Below, piece by piece: positions 63,311 to 64,000 of a DNA stretch of 64,000 bases. The stretch is taken from assembly GCF_963921235.1 (NCBI RefSeq), contig NC_086097.1:180608001-180672000 (forward strand), written 5' to 3'. Both the position numbers and the translations under genes were made by a program. The notes under the pieces are model-generated. The model was not told where the DNA came from, did not search any database, and was given only the letters and a program-made list of their open reading frames with translations. The stretch's first letter is position 1. Each line of letters starts with the position of its first letter. The stretch is from Mobula hypostoma (Eukaryota).

Positions 63311-64000
63311 CATCACCCCTCCTTCTCCACCTCTGACCCCTGTTTTACCCCATTCTCTTTTTTATAGATGTACAGTGGAGATTTATTCTGACTAGTTGCA
63401 TCACCATTTGGTAAGCTGCAATGCACAGGGATTGCAAGGAGCCGCAAATGGTTGTAAACCCAGTCAGTTCCATCATGATCACCACCTTCCCCACCATCAA
63501 GAACATCTTGAGGAGATGGTGCCTTTGGAAGGCAGTATCCATCAATAAGGATCCTCACCATCCAGGACACTTTTTTCTCTTTACTATCATCAGGCAGGAG
63601 GTACAGAATGAGAATCAGGTTTATGATCACTGGCATATGTCATGAAATATGCCTCTTCTACTGCCACAATGAGGCCAGACTCAGGCTGGAGGAGCAACCC
63701 CTTAAATTCTATCTGGGTAGCCTCCAACTTGATGGCATGAACATCGATTTCTTGAACTTCCAGTAGTTGCGCCCCCCCCACCATTCCCATTTCCCTCTCT
63801 CACCTCATCTCCTTACCTGCCCATCACCTCCCGCTGGTGCTTCTCCCCCTTCCCTTTCTTCCATGATTATCTACCCTCTCCTATCAGATTCCTCCTTCTC
63901 CAACTCTTTACCTCTTTCACCCAACAGCTTCCCAGCTCTTTACTTCACCCCTCCCCCTCCCAGTTTCATCTATCACCTACCACCCCTCCCTCCATCTTCT

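Overview
Vertebrate genomic DNA that is mostly transposon-derived. The repeat mix (CR1, Rex1/Babar, Penelope/Neptune, V-SINE, RTE, Tc1, hAT, BEL) suggests a cartilaginous fish, probably a ray; this is an inference. Two host genes lie on the minus strand. (1) An acid-sensing ion channel locus has two complete, paralogous first coding exons. The distal one (29203-29763) is ASIC1a/asic1c-like and sits in a CpG island; the proximal one (18622-19140) resembles mammalian ASIC3. Both end in phase-0 GT donors at the homologous codon, and I found no downstream ASIC exon in the window. (2) About 19 kb upstream is a two-exon histone H2B variant with an AATAAA signal (50275-50397 + 48722-48958, 119 aa), resembling H2B.K. 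The repeats also carry candidate catalytic RNAs. Two ~0.55-kb SINE-like insertions start with an HDV-like ribozyme fold that has an unusual L3 insertion, and several Penelope termini carry minimal hammerhead motifs, some as short TSD-flanked or palindromic units. Also present: a 44-bp minisatellite with an 88-bp higher-order block, a hAT MITE holding a LINE fragment, and a nested Penelope/BEL/CR1/RTE stack. All homology calls come from recalled family motifs, not from searches.
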